The notes under the pieces were generated by a model. That model was not told the DNA's origin. It ran no database searches and saw only the letters and a program-made list of their open reading frames with translations. A stretch of DNA of 38,846 bases from an uncultured Gammaproteobacteria bacterium (GTDB taxonomy: Bacteria > Patescibacteriota > Microgenomatia > Levybacterales > UBA12049). Made by a program: the position numbers and the translations under genes. Location: NCBI GenBank assembly GCA_964457405.1, contig CAYWEP010000003.1, positions 3,036 to 41,881 of the forward strand. Direction: 5' to 3'. Shown here piece after piece: positions 27,119 through 35,673 of the stretch; positions within the stretch are counted from its first letter, which is position 1; each line of letters opens with the position of its first letter.

Positions 27119-28253
27119 ATGCCTTGGAGAATATATTATTCCAGTCAAACCTTTTTATGTACGAAAACGCATTTTGCCGATATACCTTTAATTTTTCTGG
27201 ATCTTTTAATAAAGAAATGATAGCATGACTAATTTTCTCTTTTTGATAGGCTACCACAATACCGCATTTCATTTTTTCTAATTCGTATGCATTATACGGC
27301 ACATTCGTAAGTATAATAGGAAGCCCATTAGCGACATAGTCTTTAATTTTTGTTGAATCTGCGTAATATGTGAAATTATATAATTTATCTTCTTCTGGTT
27401 CGTAAACCGCAACTGCCAACGCACTAACACCTAAAATTGCGTCGATTTTATTTCTGTCTTTTATCCACCCTTTAAATTCAACATATTTCCCTATGTGTAA
27501 TTTTCCGATAAGTTCTTTGAGATCTTTTTCGTATTCTCCGCCCCCTATAATAACAAATTTGAACTCTGGGATATTTTTTACGATATCAGGTATTGCCGAA
27601 AGCACCATTTGGACTCCTTGTTTTTTTAGTAAATGACCCAAAAAAACTACCTGGTTTTTTTTTATTTTAGAAAGGGGCTTTTTTTTAATTTTATCATACC
27701 ACACACCAATGGGGACTACCTTTTGTGGATATTTTTTTAATGGAATATTAAGAAATTTTTCTCTTCCTTCAGCAATTTTAGGAGACACATTCCAAATTTC
27801 ATCAGCATGAATAACACAGTACGCCTCTATTTTATGGTAGAGTGAGTTTAATAGAGAATTTGTGAATCTTTTTGGTGTGAAATCAATAGCATAAAAAATA
27901 ACTTTTTTAACTTTTCCAAATTTTCTAAAAAATAATCCGACTATACAGTTCATGGGATTTATACCTATGAAGAGCGAGAATTTTTCTTTCTGTCTGTTTA
28001 CCCACCACACAATTTGTAATGCATCAATACAATAGTCAAGTATATTTATACTCTTAAACCGTGCGATACGCACCTCATCTGTAAGCTTCCCCTTTTTATA
28101 CGTAATAGAGCTTGCTATCCTTTGATCAAAAAAGGGAAGCGAAATAAACAGTAAGGTATTGGGTAGTTTTTGGAGTAGGTAGTCTCGGAGAGCATGAGGT
28201 GCTCCATAGAGCATGGTGTGTGAAACAACGATAACCTTTTCTTCGCTGCCCAT
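27111..28253 (-). CDS. GT4-like glycosyltransferase
   Basis: VFLGHLLKKQG, IIGGGEY, YYADSTKIKDYVANGLPII, FDW. Confidence 0.88.
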   Translation of the reverse strand: MGSEEKVIVVSHTMLYGAPHALRDYLLQKLPNTLLFISLPFFDQRIASSITYKKGKLTDEVRIARFKSINILDYCIDALQIVWWVNRQKEKFSLFIGINPMNCIVGLFFRKFGKVKKVIFYAIDFTPKRFTNSLLNSLYHKIEAYCVIHADEIWNVSPKIAEGREKFLNIPLKKYPQKVVPIGVWYDKIKKKPLSKIKKNQVVFLGHLLKKQGVQMVLSAIPDIVKNIPEFKFVIIGGGEYEKDLKELIGKLHIGKYVEFKGWIKDRNKIDAILGVSALAVAVYEPEEDKLYNFTYYADSTKIKDYVANGLPIILTNVPYNAYELEKMKCGIVVAYQKEKISHAIISLLKDPEKLKVYRQNAFSYIKRFDWNNIFSKAYG

Positions 28254-28258
28254 AGGTA

Positions 28259-29314
28259 CTATGTAAAATGACCATATCTACATATTTCTTCAATAATTTC
28301 ATCGCTATCATAGGTATAATCCCAGTCAGGATAATGTGATTTAAACTTCGAAACATCAGAAATATACCATATATGATCACCGCTTCTATTTTGTGAGTCT
28401 TTTTTCACATTCGCTTTTTTCTTTAGTATCTTTTCCGCTTGCTCTATTGCTTCGAGAACTGACACATTGGAATGGCGTGATCCCCCAATATTATAAAACT
28501 CACCTCTTCTAGGATTTTTATAGAAATGATAGAACGCGTTAACGAGATCGAAAGAATGAATATTATCCCTTACTTGTTTTCCATTGTATCCATATATCGT
28601 ATAAGGAATACCAGTAGCCACACATTTAATAAGATATGCCAAAAATCCATGAAGCTGTGTTCCTGAATGTGCTGGGCCAGTCAAACATCCACCCCGAAAT
28701 GAAACTGTATTGAGATTAAAATACTTACCATACTCCTGCACCATAATATCAGCTGCTACTTTTGATGCGCCAAAGATACTATGTTTTGAATTATCAATCG
28801 TCATTGACTCATCAATACCGTTTTGGTATCTATGCTTTTTATCAATCTCGTATCGTTTTTCAAGTTCAATAAGTGGCAAGAAATTAGGTGTATCTCCATA
28901 TACTTTATTTGTCGAAGTAAAAATAAATACACCATCGGGACTATACTTTCTGAATAGTTCAAGCATGTTCAATGTCCCAACAGCATTCACACCAAAATCT
29001 GTATGTGGCTCTTTTGCTGCCCAATCATGAGAAGGTTGAGCTGCAGCATGAATTATAAGATCGAATTTGATTCGCTTAAATATTCTCTCGAGCTTCTCAT
29101 AATCTCTAATATCTATTGAATAGTGAATATATTGACCCTTAAATTTTTTTTTGAGATTTTCTCTTGACCATCGAGTACTTGCTTCATCACCAAAGAAATA
29201 CTTTCTCATATCATTATCGATTCCATGAATCTCAAATCCTAAGTTAGCAAAAAATTTTACTGCTTCCGAACCAATAAGCCCGGCAGAACCAGTGATTAAT
29301 ACTTTCTTTGTCAT
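28259..29314 (-). CDS. CDP-paratose 2-epimerase (RfbE)-like SDR
   Basis: [46 protein letters not shown]. Catalytic motif reads FGASK. Confidence 0.82.
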   Translation of the reverse strand: MTKKVLITGSAGLIGSEAVKFFANLGFEIHGIDNDMRKYFFGDEASTRWSRENLKKKFKGQYIHYSIDIRDYEKLERIFKRIKFDLIIHAAAQPSHDWAAKEPHTDFGVNAVGTLNMLELFRKYSPDGVFIFTSTNKVYGDTPNFLPLIELEKRYEIDKKHRYQNGIDESMTIDNSKHSIFGASKVAADIMVQEYGKYFNLNTVSFRGGCLTGPAHSGTQLHGFLAYLIKCVATGIPYTIYGYNGKQVRDNIHSFDLVNAFYHFYKNPRRGEFYNIGGSRHSNVSVLEAIEQAEKILKKKANVKKDSQNRSGDHIWYISDVSKFKSHYPDWDYTYDSDEIIEEICRYGHFT

Positions 29315-29317
29315 TTT

Positions 29318-30253
29318 TTACCTCTTTTCCTGTTGTTTTACCCATTTGACTGTCTCAGAAAGCCCTCTTTGTAGATTCCATTTTGGTTTAAAACCAATGA
29401 GATTTTGTGCACGTCTTATATCAACAAGTTTTTTGGGAACCCCTTTTGGCTTTGTCTTGTCATACCTAATCTTTCCTTTAAAGCCAGTTAGTTTTACAAT
29501 TTCGTCGACAAGTTCTTTCACACTAGTCCCGACACCTGATCCAAGATTTACTGGATCGGACAGTTCAAGTCTTTCTGCGGCGAGTAGAATACCCTCGGCA
29601 AAATCCTCTGCATATAAATAATCTCTTACTGGCTTCCCATCGCCCCATACACAAAGCTCTTTGTACTTGAGGCACTTATATATAAGCGATGGGACAACGT
29701 GCCCGGATTCTATATCAATACTCTGTCCGGGTCCGTATGCATTACTCGGAACAACCACAACCGCATTTAACCCTTTTTCTTGCCTATAAGCTCGAGCCAT
29801 AATTACCGTATTTCGTTTTGCAAATCCGAAGCCATAACCTGTTTCTCCGGGCAATCCATCAAACAGATGTTCCTCTTTCAATGGAGAGGGAGCATCTTGC
29901 GGATAGGCAACAGCTGCTGATATTGCAACAAGTTTCTTAACTCTCGCCGACAATGCTGCTTCAAATACTGAAAGGTCGATAAGAGTGCAATCTCTAAATT
30001 GTGTCGCTGGATATACATTACTGTAATTTACTCCTGCTGAATTTCCGGCCAAGTGAATAGCTATATCAATACCCTTCATAATTCTTTTTGCGATCGTAGA
30101 GTTACGAAAGTCATGTGTTTTAGAAGAAGGGATAACCATCTGTTGCGCTGTAACACCACGAGTTTCATAAAGAAGTTTCGTGACATGCTGACCTACGAAG
30201 TTTTCACCACCGGTGATTAATATTTGTTTATTCTTCCAAAAATCTTTATGCAT
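29318..30253 (-). CDS. GDP-L-fucose synthase (Fcl/WcaG)-like epimerase/reductase, divergent
   Basis: AYP...PLKEE, PSNAYGPG, GHVVPSLI, VWGDGKPVRDYLY, VNLGSG, DKTKPKG; directly downstream of the gmd-like gene. Confidence 0.78.
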   Translation of the reverse strand: MHKDFWKNKQILITGGENFVGQHVTKLLYETRGVTAQQMVIPSSKTHDFRNSTIAKRIMKGIDIAIHLAGNSAGVNYSNVYPATQFRDCTLIDLSVFEAALSARVKKLVAISAAVAYPQDAPSPLKEEHLFDGLPGETGYGFGFAKRNTVIMARAYRQEKGLNAVVVVPSNAYGPGQSIDIESGHVVPSLIYKCLKYKELCVWGDGKPVRDYLYAEDFAEGILLAAERLELSDPVNLGSGVGTSVKELVDEIVKLTGFKGKIRYDKTKPKGVPKKLVDIRRAQNLIGFKPKWNLQRGLSETVKWVKQQEKR

Positions 30254-31355
30254 TTTTTTCGAGCCAATCTACCTTTCTCATCCAATCATCTTTGTTTTGC
30301 ACGTACCAATCTATTGTTTCTGACAATCCTTCTTCCCAAGAATAAATGGGTTTCCAACCAGTCAGTTTATTCAACTTACTATAATCCACACGAAGTTCCT
30401 CTACCTCAGAAAGGCCCAGCCTTCCCCGTCCTTTTACCTGGGTAACCAGTTTTTTCTTTTTCCATAATCCTTTTTTCTGACCGATTCTGATTATCAATTT
30501 ATACCAGTCACCAACCGATATTGTTTCTCCATAGCCGAAGACATATACTTCGCCCGGATTACCAAATAATGCAGCATAAATATGTCCGCGGGTTCCATCT
30601 CTAACAAAACAAAAATCACGCTTTGGTGACAACATTCCCAGTTCGATTTTATCTCTCGTCAATGCCTGACTTATAATCGTTCCAGTAATAAAACGAGGAT
30701 TCTGTCGTGGTCCATAATTATTAAACATTCTCGTTACGACTGTAGGAATCCCAAAAGCTGCGTAATAGTTACGAGTTAAAAAATCGGCAGCTACTTTACT
30801 GGTTGCATATATGCTTTGTGGATTTAATGGAGATTTTTCGTCCAAAATTAGCCCACTGTTTTTATCGAATCGATAGTGCTGTCTCATTTCAGGACGTACA
30901 TTTCCGTATTCTTCGGATGTACCTGCTGTATCAAGCTTATAAATCTGAAGCTCCAAATCTAAAATACTTTGTAAAATATTTATAGTACCAATAGTATTTG
31001 AATACAGTGTCTCGTAAGGACGTTTCCAACTCTCGCCAACATGCGCCTGAGCTCCAAGATGAAAAATGATTGGCTTATTGCCTGCTTTTTTTGCAGCAGT
31101 TTTTAATACCCTAAGCGAGTCCAATATTGCATTTTTATCGGAAAGATCACCACGTAGAATCGTTATTTTTTTTTGAGAAGGATACAGATGATGCAATGCG
31201 CCCGAAGAGGTCGCTCTTATAAAAGCAAAAATTTGCGCATCGTAGCCTAAAAGCATTTCAACTAAGTGCGAACCCATAAATCCATCTGCACCGGTTACGA
31301 ACACTGGCCTGCCTTCTAATAATTTTTTGACCTTTGTTTCAGTTACCATATTCAT
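30246..31355 (-). CDS. GDP-mannose 4,6-dehydratase-like (NDP-hexose 4,6-dehydratase)
   Basis: FVTGADGFMGSH, LGAQAHVGESW, AGTSEEYG, YATSK, RMFNNYGPRQ. Start uncertain (TTG 31364, ATG 31355 or ATG 31349). Confidence 0.85.
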   Translation of the reverse strand: MNMVTETKVKKLLEGRPVFVTGADGFMGSHLVEMLLGYDAQIFAFIRATSSGALHHLYPSQKKITILRGDLSDKNAILDSLRVLKTAAKKAGNKPIIFHLGAQAHVGESWKRPYETLYSNTIGTINILQSILDLELQIYKLDTAGTSEEYGNVRPEMRQHYRFDKNSGLILDEKSPLNPQSIYATSKVAADFLTRNYYAAFGIPTVVTRMFNNYGPRQNPRFITGTIISQALTRDKIELGMLSPKRDFCFVRDGTRGHIYAALFGNPGEVYVFGYGETISVGDWYKLIIRIGQKKGLWKKKKLVTQVKGRGRLGLSEVEELRVDYSKLNKLTGWKPIYSWEEGLSETIDWYVQNKDDWMRKVDWLEKNA

Positions 31356-31373
31356 AATTGCCAATAGTACATC

Positions 31374-31402
31374 ATTATAATGATAATATTAACCCTTGAC
31401 AA
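31374..31402 (-). promoter_or_regulatory. Internal sigma70-type promoter upstream of the gmd-like gene
   Basis: TTGTCA (31402-31397), N17, TATAAT (31379-31374). The -10 lies inside the perfect palindrome ATCATTATAATGAT (31371-31384). Confidence 0.65.
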
Positions 31403-31424
31403 CTGAGTCTATAGTTACTTATAG

Positions 31425-32249
31425 TCACTTTTTCAATAATATTCCTAAAAAACCAGCTCCAACTTCTGCGCATCGCAACAAAATTATTCCGACTGTGGTT
31501 AAAGGGTTTTTAGCGAGGATTTTCCAATGTTTAAAATACGCTTTTTTAATAGGAAAAAATTGAGCAATGGCAACACCTGGATAGCGCTTTACATATTCTT
31601 TAAATGCTTTACTATAGTAGTACTTTTTTTTTACTCTTCCAAAAAAACTTGTTTTTCCTTCATCGTGGTAAATAATTTCCTTTATTTTGCATATTCTCCC
31701 TTTCTTCTTCATGCGGATGTGAAAATCAGAATCCTCAACCCCAACGATTGTTTCATCGTATCCACCAATTGCAAGAGCATCCTTTTTCCGAAAAAATCTA
31801 CAACATTCATTCATACCTTCTTCAAGAAAAAGACTTAAATATCGTTCAAGTGCTACACAATTCGTCCAAAATCCCTCTCCAATTGAAAGCTCTGGAACAA
31901 TAAGAGCTATATACTTGTTGGTGGTAAATGTCTCACAACAATCCTTAATAACATTTTCCGTAAGGTACATATCCTGATCTATAGTCAATACATATTCACC
32001 ATTTGCTTCATGTATACCTCTATTCCTCTGTTTACTCCGCTCAGAACCATCAACAAAATAACGGGTTTTTTTTTGGACATATGATTTATATTCCTCTCTT
32101 TCTTTTTCTGGAAAAGTTACCGCATCAACAACAATAACTTCTACATTTTTATATGTCTGGTTCAAAATCGATTCTATGCATTTTCTTATTGTTCGTTTTG
32201 GATCATATGTCGGTATAACCACGGATACGAGAGGCTTTTTTTGCTTCAT
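31425..32249 (-). CDS. GT2 family glycosyltransferase
   Basis: PLVSVVIPTY, IVVD, IDQDM, GGYDE, VEDSDF. Confidence 0.88.
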   Translation of the reverse strand: MKQKKPLVSVVIPTYDPKRTIRKCIESILNQTYKNVEVIVVDAVTFPEKEREEYKSYVQKKTRYFVDGSERSKQRNRGIHEANGEYVLTIDQDMYLTENVIKDCCETFTTNKYIALIVPELSIGEGFWTNCVALERYLSLFLEEGMNECCRFFRKKDALAIGGYDETIVGVEDSDFHIRMKKKGRICKIKEIIYHDEGKTSFFGRVKKKYYYSKAFKEYVKRYPGVAIAQFFPIKKAYFKHWKILAKNPLTTVGIILLRCAEVGAGFLGILLKK

Positions 32250-32295
32250 ACATGTAATGACTTGTGCTGGACTAAAAATTGTTTTCTCTCATTAT

Positions 32296-33408
32296 TTATG
32301 AAAGCAACAACTTCTTAAAAGCATTGTAACTTTTGTCCCAGGTAAATTTCTTACTCCACTCAGCTGCATGAACGGATAATCTTTCTCGTAATTGAGTATC
32401 CTCAACAATTTTTATCATTTCCTTTGCTAATTCACTCGCTGATGGTTTTTTAGAAATAACTAACCCTGTCTCATTGTGTTTTACAGAATCTCTTAACCCC
32501 GTAACGTTCGTTACTATTGATGGCGTTTTACATCCCGCTGCTTCTGTAACAACCATTCCCCACCCTTCTTTTACTGACGGCAATAGAAGCGCCCATGCTT
32601 CTTGCATGAATTTTAGCTTAATATCACGGGGGTTTTTTTCTATAAAGAAATTATTCTTATTCATCATAGCTACATTTTTTTCTAAGCCTAATTTCTTTAT
32701 TAATACAAATAGGTTTTCTTCTTCTGGACCATTTCCTATTATTACAAGCTTAGCCTCCGGGTGTTTCTGAACAACATATTGCATCGCCTTTATGCATACA
32801 TCGGCCCTTTTCATTTTCACAAGCCGTGCAACAAAAATAAAAAGTGGAGTCTTACTTTTTTTCATTCCTGGAACGTAGCGATCATGATCAACGCCTAAGG
32901 GAAAAATATTGATCTTTTCTTTAGGAATACCAAAATCCACCAGATCACTCTTTGTGCTTTTTGAATAACACAGAAAGTCTGTTTGTTTATACGATATATA
33001 CTCAAATCGTTCAAGAAGATAGAACAACCAAGACAGCGGGAAAGGAAGCTCATGAAAGAAAACTTCTTTTGCTAACTGATTCACATATGCAATCCTTTTT
33101 TCGGAAGAAATATACAGTGGCGTTTGCCAGCAAAGCGTATTGATCATATCAATAACTCTATCCGGTTTTCTTCTTAGTTGTAGATAATACTGAAGTGCTC
33201 GAAAATATACTGTGACCTTGTTTCCTTTTCGGATAATATGGACACCATCAATAACCTCATGCGCAAAGGAACCAATGAAGGCCCTAGAAAAAAAAGTTAC
33301 CGTATGCCCATCTTTCACTAACCGACGAGCACACTCAAATGCTATTACCTCAGCGCCACCTGCTTCTGGATTTTTGATATCCTTCCAATTCAATATAAGA
33401 ATGTCCAT
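32296..33408 (-). CDS. GT4 family glycosyltransferase
   Basis: NWKDIKNPEAGGAE, ARLVKMKR, EGWGMVVTEA (E-x7-E), GLRDSV, FTW. Confidence 0.92.
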   Translation of the reverse strand: MDILILNWKDIKNPEAGGAEVIAFECARRLVKDGHTVTFFSRAFIGSFAHEVIDGVHIIRKGNKVTVYFRALQYYLQLRRKPDRVIDMINTLCWQTPLYISSEKRIAYVNQLAKEVFFHELPFPLSWLFYLLERFEYISYKQTDFLCYSKSTKSDLVDFGIPKEKINIFPLGVDHDRYVPGMKKSKTPLFIFVARLVKMKRADVCIKAMQYVVQKHPEAKLVIIGNGPEEENLFVLIKKLGLEKNVAMMNKNNFFIEKNPRDIKLKFMQEAWALLLPSVKEGWGMVVTEAAGCKTPSIVTNVTGLRDSVKHNETGLVISKKPSASELAKEMIKIVEDTQLRERLSVHAAEWSKKFTWDKSYNAFKKLLLS

Positions 33409-33485
33409 TACTCCTCAGATAATTCACGGTTTGGCACAACCCACTGGTAGAGCTTTTCTATTCCATTCCTTACGCAAGTCTTATC
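33408..33485 (-). pseudogene. Probable 3' remnant of a deleted SDR epimerase gene
   Basis: The spacer translates as DKTCVRNGIEKLYQWVVPNRELSEE*, resembling SDR epimerase C-terminal helices. Its TAA overlaps the next ATG (TAATG). Confidence 0.45.
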
Positions 33486-33491
33486 TCACTC

Positions 33492-34319
33492 TTACGGTAT
33501 ATTAATACGAAAATTTAAATCAGGATCATATTTCCATTTTCTTTTGTTAGTATCATCATAGTATTTGAGTATCTTAAGACGGTAAAATACTGCCCCAGTG
33601 TCCCAAAGCATGTAGAGAATCGTCCTCCAGAAATTTTTTGACCCCATCCTCCAAAAATTTTTTGACGCTAGAGATGACATACCCGTAAACTCAAGCTCTA
33701 TTGGGGCTTCGTAAATTCGCCTATAACCCAATCGATAAGCAACGGAAAGCATTTCTATGTCAAACGCGTACGTCTTTACCAAAAGGCGTGGCAAAACATT
33801 CTCCAATACTTTTCTTCTAAAGAACTTCATCCCGACTTGTGTATCCCGTATTGATAATCCGAAAAGCAATTTGACAATTACTCTGTATCCGAATGAAAGG
33901 ATTTTCCGTTGCCAGGGATAATTCACCTTTGAAACAGGATGAAGCTTTGAACCAACGATTATATCGGCATTATACCATTCAAAGTGTTCAAGAAGCATTG
34001 AGATTCCATTCGGATTTAAATCCATACCTGAGTCAATAAACGCGATGATATCTCCACTCGATTTTGCCATACCAAAACGCACCGCATGTCCTTTACCACG
34101 ATTATGTTTATAACCAATAACGACAATGCTTTTAGACTTTACTTTCTTTGCATTACGAAATGTATCATCCTCGTTCCCATCGACAACGAGTATGATTTCG
34201 TAATCATGCCGCAGCTGATCCATAACTCGTGCAATTCGCATGAGATCTTTTTGTATTGTCCTCTCTTGTTTATACGCTGGAATAATCAAAGATATGAGAT
34301 GCTTTTTAGACCTTTTCAT
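33492..34319 (-). CDS. DPM1/Alg5-like GT2 (polyprenol-phosphate glycosyltransferase)
   Basis: SLIIPAYKQE, VVDG, NRGKGHAVRFG, FIDSG, DIIVGSK, RDTQVGMK, AFDIE. Confidence 0.85.
   Translation of the reverse strand: MKRSKKHLISLIIPAYKQERTIQKDLMRIARVMDQLRHDYEIILVVDGNEDDTFRNAKKVKSKSIVVIGYKHNRGKGHAVRFGMAKSSGDIIAFIDSGMDLNPNGISMLLEHFEWYNADIIVGSKLHPVSKVNYPWQRKILSFGYRVIVKLLFGLSIRDTQVGMKFFRRKVLENVLPRLLVKTYAFDIEMLSVAYRLGYRRIYEAPIELEFTGMSSLASKNFWRMGSKNFWRTILYMLWDTGAVFYRLKILKYYDDTNKRKWKYDPDLNFRINIP
33623..33666. repeat. In-frame tandem duplication with 24-bp period inside the DPM1-like gene
   Basis: tcctccagaaattttttgac (33623-33642) and tcctccaaaaattttttgac (33647-33666), 19/20 identical; encodes SKNFWR-MG-SKNFWR. 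Confidence 0.85.
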
Positions 34320-35586
34320 GGGTTTTTACGTAATATAGCAAAAGCACCACAAGAAGTAAACTCGTAAGACCCAAAGAAATAAAAATAACTTGTAATAATG
34401 ACGTATGAAATAAAGCTATAAAAAGTACTTGTAATATTGCAGCAATAATAATAGGAATGTACACGAAGGTTTTATTAATTGATAGGAAATAATGTATTAC
34501 AATAGTAAGAAGAGAGAAGATAGTGGTATATAGACCAAATGGTCCTAATAAATATCCATACGAGGAATACTTTGCAGTTGTTGATATTTGTAATATGATT
34601 TCTGGGAAGAGATAATAACACGCGGTGATCACAAATGATGGAAGAGCTACCAATAACAACGAAAGCTTAAAATCATTCTTATATTGCTGATTTTTTGAGT
34701 GTTTTTGCACAATAAGCGGGAACATTACCGTGCCTATAGGAGCTGTAACAAAAAAAATAATTCTTCCGATGAGTGAGATTCCGGCATAGATTCCAGCAGA
34801 TTCCGGAGAGAACAAATGCTTCACCAGAATAATATCCGTTGTTAAAAAAGAGGTTAATGCAAACGAGGCAATTGAAGCAGGAACACCATAAGAGAATAGT
34901 TTCTTATTGTCTATTTTTGGAATTCGTAGCTTTTTTCTAAAAAGAAATCGTAACTGTAAAAAACTAAGAAGATAAGACCCTAAGAAAGAAAGAATAAACG
35001 TCACCATTGCCCCCATTACGCCAAATCCAAGGAAAACAAAAAAAACACCAAAGAGTAGTTTTAGTAAAGACGAAAAAAAATTAACAATAGTCATGAAGCG
35101 AAAAGCGAGCTTTGCTTGCAACAATGCGGTATTAACTACGTTCAAAAAGCCAGTAAAAATACACACACCGGCTATAACAATTAAATACTTGTTATCTATT
35201 TGAAAAAAATTAGCTACCTGCTCAAGAAAAAGCATGAGGATTATAAAGATAGACAAACCTGATAAAACCGCAATTTTCCCTACATGGAGAAACAAGCCGC
35301 GAACTTTCGCAAGCTCATTTTGTGCAAAGTATGAAGCGGCGAACCGAACAACAGTAGGTACTATTGCCCCTGCAGGAAGTGTTGCCAATGTTATGAATGA
35401 CACAAGGCTTGCGAAAATTCCATATTCCTCAATAGAGAGATTTCTTGTCATAAAAAGGTTAAAAAGAAAATTAAGAATGTTAACAAAAGCCGAGCCAAAA
35501 ACAATAGTAGCGCTACCCAAAATCAGTGGGTTATTGACGAAAAGTAGCAGCTTCTCACTCATTGGATTCGTACGAAATTTCAACAT
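34306..35586 (-). CDS. wzx: Wzx-type oligosaccharide flippase (MOP superfamily)
   Basis: About 12 hydrophobic helices; TRNLSIEEYG, TTDIILVKHLFSPESAGIYA, VMFP. Start could be 35562. Confidence 0.85.
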   Translation of the reverse strand: MLKFRTNPMSEKLLLFVNNPLILGSATIVFGSAFVNILNFLFNLFMTRNLSIEEYGIFASLVSFITLATLPAGAIVPTVVRFAASYFAQNELAKVRGLFLHVGKIAVLSGLSIFIILMLFLEQVANFFQIDNKYLIVIAGVCIFTGFLNVVNTALLQAKLAFRFMTIVNFFSSLLKLLFGVFFVFLGFGVMGAMVTFILSFLGSYLLSFLQLRFLFRKKLRIPKIDNKKLFSYGVPASIASFALTSFLTTDIILVKHLFSPESAGIYAGISLIGRIIFFVTAPIGTVMFPLIVQKHSKNQQYKNDFKLSLLLVALPSFVITACYYLFPEIILQISTTAKYSSYGYLLGPFGLYTTIFSLLTIVIHYFLSINKTFVYIPIIIAAILQVLFIALFHTSLLQVIFISLGLTSLLLVVLLLYYVKTHEKV

Positions 35587-35673
35587 ATAATGACTTTATT
35601 TTTTAGCTGTTTTGGTCTTTTTTTGCATTATTTGCCTGGAAAATGGCAGATGTCGTTTATATCGCTTCTTTGA

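Noticed and set aside
31371-31390. Fur-box-like ATAATGATAAT
   Set aside because: Only a partial match in an AT-rich spacer with no iron-related genes; kept only as an unassigned palindrome.
33486-33494. Stop-codon readthrough or TGA recoding extending the DPM1-like gene
   Set aside because: It would require passing both TAA and TGA, and TGA terminates several genes here (e.g. 3250, 12552, 13523, 14614), so code 11 applies.
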